DNA of 64,000 nucleotides, taken from assembly GCA_963668675.2 (NCBI GenBank), contig CAXXMB010000002.1:512001-576000 (forward strand), in the 5' to 3' direction. The notes beneath the pieces were generated by a model. That model was not told where the DNA came from and did not search any database. It worked only from the letters and a program-made list of their open reading frames with translations. Positions 1 to 9,975 of this stretch are shown here, in pieces. How positions within the stretch are numbered: position 1 is the stretch's first letter; each line of letters begins with the position of its first letter. The position numbers were made by a program, and so were the translations under genes. Source of the DNA: an uncultured Desulfatitalea sp. Its GTDB lineage: Bacteria; Desulfobacterota; Desulfobacteria; Desulfobacterales; Desulfosarcinaceae.

Positions 1-368
1 CCTGGGAGCAGCGAGCCATGACCACCAGAGCCTCCACCGTTTTGGCCGAGATGATGGAAAAAACGGTTCAATCGGGAACCGCACGGAAACTGTTCAGGGG
101 AAGCAAACGCGACCCGATCCTGTCGCGCCTGCGCATTGGCGGCAAGACCGGATCGATCTTCAATCGTAAACATGATGCCCGCTTCGACTGGTTTATCGGT
201 TTCGCCCAAGAGAAAGAGGGACCGTCACAGCTCGTCGTGGCAGCGCTGGTGGCCCATGAGGAATACATCGGCATCCGGGCCGGTACCTACGCCCGCATGG
301 CCATGAAACACTATTTTCGAGAGCAGTTGGCGCAGCACAAAGAAGCGGCTGTCCGCTCGAACAGCTAA
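1..368 (+). CDS. Penicillin-binding protein, transpeptidase domain (3' end only, 5' truncated by window)
   Basis: GGKTGS (KTG motif) followed by WFIGFA, typical of the class B PBP C-terminus; the frame is open from the window edge. Confidence 0.8.
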   Translation, partial: WEQRAMTTRASTVLAEMMEKTVQSGTARKLFRGSKRDPILSRLRIGGKTGSIFNRKHDARFDWFIGFAQEKEGPSQLVVAALVAHEEYIGIRAGTYARMAMKHYFREQLAQHKEAAVRSNS

Positions 369-504
369 CGCGACCGCCCCACATCCCTCTGGCCAATGCA
401 TTCCCTTTTGAGGATGGACAAGCTGCCGGATTCGTATTAAGTCGAATTCATGCCCTTTTCTATATTTAACCGCCCCGTGAAGCGGGGTCCAAAAGAGAGA
501 GCCT

Positions 505-1698
505 ATGCCCGGTTTTGAAATTTTTGGTGATGAAGAGCGTAAGGAGGTACAGGATGTGCTCGATACCGGCGTCCTGTTCCGCTATGGTTTCGATGCGACA
601 CGACAGGGCCACTGGAAGGCCAAGACATTTGAACAGGAGCTGTGCCAACGCCTCGGCGTTGCCCATTGCCACCTGTGCAGCAGTGGTACTGCCGCCCTGA
701 GCATCGCCCTGGCAGCGTGCGGCATCGGGGCCGGCGACGAGGTAATTGTACCACCCTTCACCTTTGTGGCGACCTTCGAGTCGATACTGGCTGCTGGCGC
801 TATCCCTATCTTTGCCGACATCGACGACACCCTCTGTCTCGATCCTGAGGCCGTCGAATCCGCGTTGACCGAGCGGACCAAAGCGGTGGTGGTAGTGCAT
901 ATGTGCGGTGCCATGGCGCGCATCGATCAGCTCCAGACGCTTTGCCGCGACAAAGGGGTGACGCTCATCGAAGACACCTGCCAATCGGTCGGCGCCTCGT
1001 TCAACGGCAAAGCCCTGGGGACCTTCGGCCAAATGGGATGTTTCTCCTTCGATCCAGTCAAGACGATCACCTGTGGTGAAGGCGGCGCCGTCATTACCGA
1101 CGACCCCAAGCTATATGAACTGTCCCACGCATTCGCCGACCACGGGCACGATCATATCGGAGACGACCGCGGTGCCGAAGGCCACCCGATCCTGGGATAC
1201 AACTATCGTATCAGCGAACTCAATGCGGCCGTCGGCCTGGCTCAACTGAGAAAGCTGGACGCCATTTTAGCCACCCAGCGCAGCCACAAAGCGGCCCTAA
1301 AGAGAGCCATGTCAGCCTTCACCGGGATCAGCTTCCGCCATCTGCCCGACGAGAACGGCGATTCCGCCACCTTTCTCAGCTTTATGATGCCCAGTGAGGA
1401 GAGCGCCCGGAAAACCGCCCGGGCGCTGAACGGCGCAGGTGTCGATGGCTGCTTCTACTGGTATGACAACAACTGGCACTACCATCGCAAATGGCAGCAC
1501 CTGAAACAGATGCAGGCGGCCGCCGACCTGCCCCTGAAGCTCAGTGCGCACTGCCCGAACTACAGCCGGATCGATCTTCCCGGTTCCGATGCCATCATGG
1601 CGCGTACGATCTCCATGCAGATCAAGCTTGGATGGGACGAGGGTCAACTCCAAACGCGTATCGATGCGATGCGCAAGGTGCTCCAGGAGACGGTGTAA
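505..1698 (+). CDS. kdnA: 8-amino-3,8-dideoxy-manno-octulosonate (Kdo8N) transaminase, DegT/DnrJ/EryC1/StrS PLP family
   Basis: MPGFEIFG start, SSGTAAL, FSFDPVKTITCGEGG PLP-lysine motif, DHGHDH, GVDGCFYWY..NWHY; closely resembles Shewanella KdnA as I recall it; paired with kdnB. Confidence 0.85.
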   Translation: MPGFEIFGDEERKEVQDVLDTGVLFRYGFDATRQGHWKAKTFEQELCQRLGVAHCHLCSSGTAALSIALAACGIGAGDEVIVPPFTFVATFESILAAGAIPIFADIDDTLCLDPEAVESALTERTKAVVVVHMCGAMARIDQLQTLCRDKGVTLIEDTCQSVGASFNGKALGTFGQMGCFSFDPVKTITCGEGGAVITDDPKLYELSHAFADHGHDHIGDDRGAEGHPILGYNYRISELNAAVGLAQLRKLDAILATQRSHKAALKRAMSAFTGISFRHLPDENGDSATFLSFMMPSEESARKTARALNGAGVDGCFYWYDNNWHYHRKWQHLKQMQAAADLPLKLSAHCPNYSRIDLPGSDAIMARTISMQIKLGWDEGQLQTRIDAMRKVLQETV

Positions 1699-1732
1699 AA
1701 AGGACTGTTTTCAACACCGCAACATAATCTAA

Positions 1733-2839
<1,107 letters not shown>

Positions 2840-2911
2840 TTCGATCCGTCTCCGGAAAAAATGGTCACCTGATAAAGGGCAATTAACAGATCCATAAGGA
2901 GAAACGAATCA

Positions 2912-5900
2912 ATGCAATCCCTTAACGATCACACCGGCGGTTCCGCCGTCTCTCTTATTCGGCGGTTGCTGGCTTCGGCTGGATCCATAATGCGGCAGAA
3001 AATTTCCGCTCTCAACGCCCTCATGAACGCACCGCTATTCTGGGGCCGCTGCCCAAACCGCCATGCAGGAGCTGCCTGGATCTTCTTGCCACATGCACCA
3101 TACCGTCTCTGTTGCGGGTTGGCCGGTTTGATCAGCATCAAGCACGTCCATTCGCCCGATGGCCACCAAGAGGCCGCCTCATTTGAAAAGAGCGCAAACG
3201 CGATCCATTCCCGCAGCTTGAAAATGTGTGTCGACAGTGCGTTGGTTATTGCCGATGAATATCTTGGCGGCGATCAACTGCTCGAAACGATTTACAGCCA
3301 GGCATGCCTCTTGAAGCAGGAGGCGCCCTTCCTGCACCTATTCGCGCAGAAGGAGCAACAGGCAAGGATCGAAACGGTGTGCCAACAGTTGAACACGTTG
3401 GTCGAAGAGGAGGTGCAGGCACTCCAGAACCAAATCGGATATCTGGCTGCGGCCGATGCTGAAATCGTCGACCGACGCATCGAAAAAGTCAAAGACATTG
3501 CGTGGTGTCTAAAGGTTGAACTGATTGAAAACATTCATAAAACAATGAAATTGATGGCTGATGGCGAGCGTTCCCAATCGGCAGAGGCGATCAAGATCTT
3601 CCGCAACCTGAACACCGTGCTCAACAGTATCGACCGACTCGAAGTGCGCGGTCGCGACTCCGCAGGCATATCAATGCTCTTCCTGTTCAACGAAGAGACC
3701 TTCGCGTCCCTTGAGAAGGCCTGGACACAGGCGGACCTTTCCGATCAAATCGAATCGCGTTCGGCCAAGGAGACCCTGGGCAACCTCTCCGTTTCCATCC
3801 GGCAACACCCGGAAGCGGGTCTGACGGGGATGACGCTCACCTACAAGGTCGCAGCGGAGATCGGCCGCCTCGGAGACAACGTCTGCCAGCTGAGAGAAGC
3901 GATCACGTCAGACCCTGTTTTGCACCTGGCCGCCCGGCAACCCAATGTGTACCACACCGTCTCAGCCCACACGCGATGGGCATCGGTGGGCGCCATCACC
4001 ATTGCCAACTGCCATCCGGTGGACAACGCCACATGTGAAAAGAAGGATAGCGGTAAGGGAATGATTCACGCCTGCCTCAATGGCGATATCGACAACTACC
4101 TCTCCCTGAAACAACAGTGGGAACAGAGTGGCGGGGCCATCCCGGAAGAGATCACCACCGACACCAAGATCATTCCCCTGCAGATCGAATACTACCTGCG
4201 CCAGGGGCATCCGGTCGAGGAGGCCTTCCGGCTGGCGGTGAGCGATTTCGAAGGGTCCCATGCCATCGCCATGCACACCGACCTGGCACCCGGCAAATTC
4301 TTCCTGGCACAGCGCGGCAGCGGCCAGGCGGTCTTCGTTGGATTGGCCAAGGACCACTATCTGCCGACCTCCGAAGTGTATGGCTTTGTCGAGCAGACGT
4401 CGGACTACATCCGCCTCAACGGAGAGAAGATCGTGGAGGGTGTCAACGGCCCGACCCAAGGCCAGATCTTTATTCTCGACCAAAACAGCGCTGGAGGGCT
4501 GGACGGCATAACGGCCATGTACTATGACGGCACCGGCATCACCTTCACCGATGAAGAGGTTCAACATACCGAGATCACGTCGCGCGACATCGACCGCCAG
4601 AATTTCCCACACTACTTTCTCAAGGAGATATCCGAATCCCCCGTATCCGTCGAAAAGACCCTGCAAAACAGATGGAAGGTCGCCCAGGACAATCCCGGGC
4701 GCTACACCATCGCCCTGCCGGAAAGCGCTTTTCCGGAGCGGATTGTCCAGGCCCTGCTCGAAGACAAAATCCGCAGGATCTACTTTATCGGGCAGGGTAC
4801 GGCCGGCATCGCCGCCCAGGCCATCGGCAGCATCCTCGATTACTACCTCAACGAACCCTCGTTAAAAATCAGTGCTCTGAAAGCATCCGAACTGAGCGGT
4901 TTTCAGCTGGAAGAGCGCGATGACCGGCAGAGCATGGCCGATGCACTGGTGATCGCCATCAGCCAGTCGGGAACCACCACCGATACCAACCGGGCCGTCG
5001 ATATGGTCCGGGCGCGCGGCGCGCTGACCATGTGCATCGTCAATCGGCGGGATTCGGACCTGACCTTCAAGGTCGATGGGGTGGTCTACACCAGCAGTGG
5101 CAGGGATATCGAGATGTCGGTGGCCTCCACAAAAGCCTTCTATTCGCAGATTGTGGCCGGTGCCCTGATCAGTCTCAAGATCGCCGAAGCCAAAAAGCGG
5201 CGACCTCCGGAGTTCATTACAGAGGAGATCAAAGCCCTGCTGTCTCTTCCCGATCAGATGCGCCAAGTGCTTACCCTAGGAGAACAGATTCGAAGTTCAG
5301 CTGAAAGGCTGGCCCCGGCCCGCACCTACTGGGCCGCCGTCGGCAGCGGCCCCAACAAATCTGCTGCTGATGAAATCCGCATCAAACTCAGTGAACTTTG
5401 CTATAAAACCATTTCGTCGGACTATGTGGAAGACAAGAAGCACATCGACCTCTCCTCTGAACCGTTGATCATCATATGCGCCGCCGGCGCCGGCAGTACA
5501 GTGATCGGGGACATCGTCAAGGACACGGCCATCTTCAAGGCGCACAAAGCCGCGCCGGTGGTGATCACGGACGAGGGCGAAAGCCGCTTCGACGGCTATG
5601 CCGAAGACATCTTTCAGGTCCCCGGTATACCGGCCCATCTGGCCCCGATTCTCAACACCCTGGTCGGCCACCTGTGGGGATACTACGCCGCACTGGCCAT
5701 CAACAATGGGTCCGGCTTTCTGCACCAGTTCAGGGAAGATGTCAAAGAGACGGTGGACCGATATGCTCAGGACGGCCTGGATGTCTACGAAGTGGTTCTC
5801 GAAAAACGCTTCCGCGAGCAGGTGGCCGAATTCTACGCTGAATTCCGCCGACGTCTCACCAATGGCAAACTGCCCAGCACCATCGGGCACGCGGCTGATC

Positions 5901-6697
5901 TGCTGCTGCTGCTCAAATACCTGACAGGGCGTCTGCCCGTGGCCGACTTCGAACTCGACTTCGGCAAACGCGGTACCGCCTTGAACATGCTCAACAGCCT
6001 GTTCGAGTTCCTGGGTAAATCGATCAATGGCATGTCGCGTCCCGTGGATGCCATCAAACACCAGGCCAAAACCGTTACTGTGGGTACCAGCCGGATCAGC
6101 GAGAAGATTGAAGGCATTCTTTTCGACACCCTGGCCAACCACGACATCAGCATCGGCCAACTGATCAACCGCAATATCCTGGTGCTCAAAAACCTCCAGC
6201 ATATCGTTGCGGAGATAAAAGGGTCCATCCTGTATAAAATCGGCAATCTCAGTGTACTGGGTGAACCCACAGAAGAGACGACGATTGAAATCATTCAGAA
6301 AACCGGTGTGCTGGAACCCCTCACCTCACGGGTTGAAAACGACAAGCGTCTCAAGGGCACCAAGCGAATTATCGTGGGCCAGGGCAATGTCTACATCGGC
6401 AAAGGCCGCAAGGATGACCGCAGTATTCTGCTCATTCCGGCCTTCTCCACCGCCCCGGGGGCAACCAACCGCATCGAAGAGTTGCTGCTGCTAAACATCG
6501 GATTCCATGAAAATGTACCGCTGCCGCAGAAGGTCAAAGCACTCGGCGGCAAATACGAGCACATCAAAAACATTGTCCATGAAAACAGCGTCCCGTGGGA
6601 AGACAAACATCTCGAATTGATTCCCATGGAAGATCTATTCGGCCGATCCGCGGAGAAGATCGGGGAGACCATCGTCTCCCTGCTGCCCAAGGAATAA
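2912..6697 (+). CDS. Enlarged GlmS-like glutamine amidotransferase/SIS-domain protein (1261 aa; start uncertain)
   Basis: CGLAG, RGRDSAG, HTRWAS, NGDIDNY, SQSGTTTDT, VASTKAF and AKTVTV parallel the GlmS motifs; AGGAG upstream of ATG 2912. Confidence 0.8.
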   Translation: MQSLNDHTGGSAVSLIRRLLASAGSIMRQKISALNALMNAPLFWGRCPNRHAGAAWIFLPHAPYRLCCGLAGLISIKHVHSPDGHQEAASFEKSANAIHSRSLKMCVDSALVIADEYLGGDQLLETIYSQACLLKQEAPFLHLFAQKEQQARIETVCQQLNTLVEEEVQALQNQIGYLAAADAEIVDRRIEKVKDIAWCLKVELIENIHKTMKLMADGERSQSAEAIKIFRNLNTVLNSIDRLEVRGRDSAGISMLFLFNEETFASLEKAWTQADLSDQIESRSAKETLGNLSVSIRQHPEAGLTGMTLTYKVAAEIGRLGDNVCQLREAITSDPVLHLAARQPNVYHTVSAHTRWASVGAITIANCHPVDNATCEKKDSGKGMIHACLNGDIDNYLSLKQQWEQSGGAIPEEITTDTKIIPLQIEYYLRQGHPVEEAFRLAVSDFEGSHAIAMHTDLAPGKFFLAQRGSGQAVFVGLAKDHYLPTSEVYGFVEQTSDYIRLNGEKIVEGVNGPTQGQIFILDQNSAGGLDGITAMYYDGTGITFTDEEVQHTEITSRDIDRQNFPHYFLKEISESPVSVEKTLQNRWKVAQDNPGRYTIALPESAFPERIVQALLEDKIRRIYFIGQGTAGIAAQAIGSILDYYLNEPSLKISALKASELSGFQLEERDDRQSMADALVIAISQSGTTTDTNRAVDMVRARGALTMCIVNRRDSDLTFKVDGVVYTSSGRDIEMSVASTKAFYSQIVAGALISLKIAEAKKRRPPEFITEEIKALLSLPDQMRQVLTLGEQIRSSAERLAPARTYWAAVGSGPNKSAADEIRIKLSELCYKTISSDYVEDKKHIDLSSEPLIIICAAGAGSTVIGDIVKDTAIFKAHKAAPVVITDEGESRFDGYAEDIFQVPGIPAHLAPILNTLVGHLWGYYAALAINNGSGFLHQFREDVKETVDRYAQDGLDVYEVVLEKRFREQVAEFYAEFRRRLTNGKLPSTIGHAADLLLLLKYLTGRLPVADFELDFGKRGTALNMLNSLFEFLGKSINGMSRPVDAIKHQAKTVTVGTSRISEKIEGILFDTLANHDISIGQLINRNILVLKNLQHIVAEIKGSILYKIGNLSVLGEPTEETTIEIIQKTGVLEPLTSRVENDKRLKGTKRIIVGQGNVYIGKGRKDDRSILLIPAFSTAPGATNRIEELLLLNIGFHENVPLPQKVKALGGKYEHIKNIVHENSVPWEDKHLELIPMEDLFGRSAEKIGETIVSLLPKE

Positions 6698-6737
6698 GCC
6701 CCTATACCATGAGAGAACCACAGAAAGAGATCGACCG

Positions 6738-7376
6738 ATGCTGACGAAAACGAAGGATCAACTTCTCCATTTCGGCCGTGAAATGATTGCACGGGGATTG
6801 ACCACTGGTTCGGGCGGTAATTTAAGCGTGTATCTGCGCAAAGAAGATCGTATCCTCATCACCCCCAGCGCTGTGGCCTATGCTGACATGAAACCCGATG
6901 ACATCGTCGTTTGCGACCCGCAAGGAGAGATGGTCCACGGGACGCGGCGCCCTTCCAGCGAACTCGGCTTCCACCTGGCGCTTTACCACCACCGGGAAGA
7001 GATCGGCGCCGTGGTTCACACCCACTCCGTCTACGCCACCACCCTGGCATGCATGCATCGGGAGATCCCGGCCGTGCACTATCTGGTGGGGTTTGCCGGT
7101 TACAAGGTGCCCCTGGCCCCCTATGCCACCTTCGGCACTCCTGCGCTGGCCCGGGCCATCGTCGACACCATCGGCCAAAGCAACGCCCTCCTCATGGCCA
7201 ACCACGGTCTGGTGGCCGTCGGCCCCGACCTGACCGCTGCCTTCAACGTTGCCGAAGAGATCGAACTCGTCGCCAGAATCTACTACCAGACACTCGTGGC
7301 CGGCGAACCCAAGATATTGTCCGAGCGACAGATGGATGAAGTTCTGGAGAAATTCAAAGGATATGGCCGACCTTAG
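6738..7376 (+). CDS. Class II aldolase/adducin family (L-fuculose-1-phosphate aldolase-like)
   Basis: GSGGNLS, ITPS, PSSE, VHTHS and NHG Zn-binding motifs. Confidence 0.9.
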   Translation: MLTKTKDQLLHFGREMIARGLTTGSGGNLSVYLRKEDRILITPSAVAYADMKPDDIVVCDPQGEMVHGTRRPSSELGFHLALYHHREEIGAVVHTHSVYATTLACMHREIPAVHYLVGFAGYKVPLAPYATFGTPALARAIVDTIGQSNALLMANHGLVAVGPDLTAAFNVAEEIELVARIYYQTLVAGEPKILSERQMDEVLEKFKGYGRP

Positions 7377-7533
7377 CGAGCTGTTATCGAACCGGCAGTT
7401 AAGCAGTCCAACCTTCGCCATCCAGAACGTGATCCAGTTCCAGCAATCGCCTGCATAGCGCCAAAGCACCACCTCGTGCCGCGCTTACACAGGAGTTAAG
7501 TGCCAGGCTCAAAAACGAAAATGGAGATCGAAT

Positions 7534-7851
7534 GTGAATGAATGTCTCTCCCCAGCCAATCAACTCGCCGTCACCCGCACCATTCTGGCCAATGAAAGAA
7601 CGCTGCTCTCCTACTTTCGTATCTCGCTGGGCTCCCTTCTCGGTGGCGTCGGTTTGATGAAGTTCTTTGAACATCCGGCCTATATAATTACCGGAGCTGT
7701 TCTTCTCATTTCATCCGCAGCATGGATCATCATTGGCATCCATAAATATCGGCTCAACAAGAAATTAATCAGCGACATCGATCCGGAGGATTGGTTGGAG
7801 GTCGAGGGAATCATCAAAAAGGAACAGACAAATGGGAAAAAACCTTTGTAG
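7534..7851 (+). CDS. DUF202/YidH-like small inner-membrane protein
   Basis: LAVTRTILANERTLLSYFR signature, two hydrophobic segments, GGAG before GTG. Confidence 0.85.
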   Translation: MNECLSPANQLAVTRTILANERTLLSYFRISLGSLLGGVGLMKFFEHPAYIITGAVLLISSAAWIIIGIHKYRLNKKLISDIDPEDWLEVEGIIKKEQTNGKKPL

Positions 7852-8093
7852 CTCTTAGGAGCGCCCTTCACAAGCCCACCAACCAAATTTTCCTGCTGAA
7901 CCACTCATCTAAAGATGCTATTCGAAGAAGAATCTACAACGCCCGGAGCGGGTCGGCCATTGGCCCTTTGCAGAAGAGTCGATCCGAGAGACAATTTTAC
8001 AATGTGCCGGATCTTTTTACAGGGAGCTGCCACGGGGGGGTACCTGCTCTCGCTAACCGATTGTGATTAATATTATTTATGGTCTCCAGGACC

Positions 8094-8108
8094 TGGCATA
8101 AGGATTGC
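8094..8108 (+). promoter_or_regulatory. Sigma54 (-24/-12) promoter
   Basis: TGGCATAAGGATTGC has exact GG-N10-GC spacing, with an AT-rich tract just upstream and the acyl-CoA synthetase gene downstream. Confidence 0.75.
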
Positions 8109-8249
8109 TTTGACAATGAATTGAAAAGACGCTTTGAGCAGAGAGGCGTTCAACCCAATTCACGGACAGGCACCGACACCGCGGAAAAATGACCGGATCG
8201 CCAACCCGGTCCACCGACGGGCGAATCTCGTTGCCTGCGGGGCGAGAAA

Positions 8250-9917
8250 ATGACGACCGAGTGGCCAGAGTGGCATGCGATTCGTGCCGAGTTGGAACAA
8301 TACAACCCGGAGTGCGGAGTGAACCTGGCCCATGCCGCCGTTACCCGCCACGCCTGCGGCCCCTTGGGCCATCGACCGGCGCTGCGCTGGCTCTCCGGCG
8401 TGAGTGGCCGTCGGGAGTGGAGTTATATTGAACTGGAGCGCCTCACCAATCGGGTCGCCAATGGGTTCAAACGGCTCGGTCTGCTTCCCGGCCAGGTGGT
8501 GGCGACCCTTTGCGGTCGTGAGCCGGAGCTTTACCTTTCCGCTCTGGGCGCCATGAAAGCCGGGGCCGTGTTCTGCGCCTTGTACGCCTCCTACGGTCCT
8601 GAACCGATCCTTCACCGCCTGGCCGCCAGCCGTGCGACGATAGTGGTGACCACCCGCCGCCTGTATGACAAGATCCGGGATGCCGGCCAACGACTGCCCG
8701 AACTGGCCCATGTCCTGCTCATTGACGCCTCGGATGTTCACGAGCCGCGGGTGGGCGGTATGCAGGAGATGATAAATGCCTCCGATGACGATTTTACAAC
8801 ACTTCCCACCGACCCCGAGTCCCCGGCTCTGATTCACTTCACCAGCGGCACCACGGGCATGCCCAAGGGGGTGGTTCATGTTCACGCGGCCGCGCTGCAC
8901 CATATCCTGACCGGCCGGAGCGTGCTCGATCTGAAGCCGTCGGACGTCTACTGGTGTACGGCGGACCCGGGATGGGTCACCGGCGTGGTCTATGGTTTTC
9001 TGGCGCCGTTGATGGCCGGAGTGACGACCCTTATCGACGAAGATGAATTCGATGCCCGGCGCTGGCTCCATATCCTTTCAAGTGAGCGGGTGAACGTATG
9101 GTACACCTCTCCGTCGGCACTGCGCCGCCTGATGGCACTGCCGTTTAGACCTTGCGAACAATACGACCTGAAGGCCCTTCGGCTGGTCTTCAGTGTCGGC
9201 GAACCACTGCATGCCCGGGCGGTGCAGTGGGGGCAGGACGCCCTGGGCGTTCCGGTTCGGGATACCTGGTGGCAGACCGAAACCGGAGGGATCATGATCG
9301 CCAACCATCCAGACGATCCGGTTCAGCCGGGTGCCATGGGCCGGCCGGTGAAAGGGATAAGCGCCGACGTGGTGCGGACAGCAGCCGGAGTCACAAGCTG
9401 CCCTAACGGTGAAGTCGGGGAACTGGCCCTTGCGGCCGGATGGCCGAGCATGTTCCGTCGCCTGCTCGGTGATGCAGACGCCTATGGGCGGCGGTTTGCC
9501 GGCAAGTGGTATCTGAGCGGCGACCTCGTGCGGCGAGACGGCGACGGGATCTTCTGGTTTGTGGGTCGAGCCGACGACATGATCAAGACTGCCGGACATC
9601 TGGTCAGCCCTTTTGAAGTCGAGAGCGTGCTGCTGGCTTACCCCGGTGTCGTTGAGGCCGGCGTGGTCGGCATCCCCGACGATCATCTTGGGCAACGGGT
9701 GCGGGCCTGTCTCGCGCTCGGTCCCGGTATCACGGCTGGCAACCATTTGCGCAACCAGATCATGGCCTTTGCCCGGCAGCGACTGGGGCCTGCCCTGGCA
9801 CCGCGTGAAATCCGGTTTACCAATGCCATCCCCAAAAACCGGGCCGGCAAAATCGTCCGACGGAAACTGGCCGAAACACCCGATGCACTGGCGGGACAAG
9901 GCATAGAACCAAAATAG
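8250..9917 (+). CDS. AMP-forming acetate/acyl-CoA ligase (AcsA-like)
   Basis: FTSGTTGMPKG, WCTADPGWVTG, SVGEPL, DTWWQTETG, GRADD, and PKNRAGKIVRR with the acetylatable Lys. Confidence 0.9.
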   Translation: MTTEWPEWHAIRAELEQYNPECGVNLAHAAVTRHACGPLGHRPALRWLSGVSGRREWSYIELERLTNRVANGFKRLGLLPGQVVATLCGREPELYLSALGAMKAGAVFCALYASYGPEPILHRLAASRATIVVTTRRLYDKIRDAGQRLPELAHVLLIDASDVHEPRVGGMQEMINASDDDFTTLPTDPESPALIHFTSGTTGMPKGVVHVHAAALHHILTGRSVLDLKPSDVYWCTADPGWVTGVVYGFLAPLMAGVTTLIDEDEFDARRWLHILSSERVNVWYTSPSALRRLMALPFRPCEQYDLKALRLVFSVGEPLHARAVQWGQDALGVPVRDTWWQTETGGIMIANHPDDPVQPGAMGRPVKGISADVVRTAAGVTSCPNGEVGELALAAGWPSMFRRLLGDADAYGRRFAGKWYLSGDLVRRDGDGIFWFVGRADDMIKTAGHLVSPFEVESVLLAYPGVVEAGVVGIPDDHLGQRVRACLALGPGITAGNHLRNQIMAFARQRLGPALAPREIRFTNAIPKNRAGKIVRRKLAETPDALAGQGIEPK

Positions 9918-9975
9918 AAACGGCCCGGGCGTATATGACTCCGGGCATCGGCAACCAAAACGTGAGGAGTTGTCC

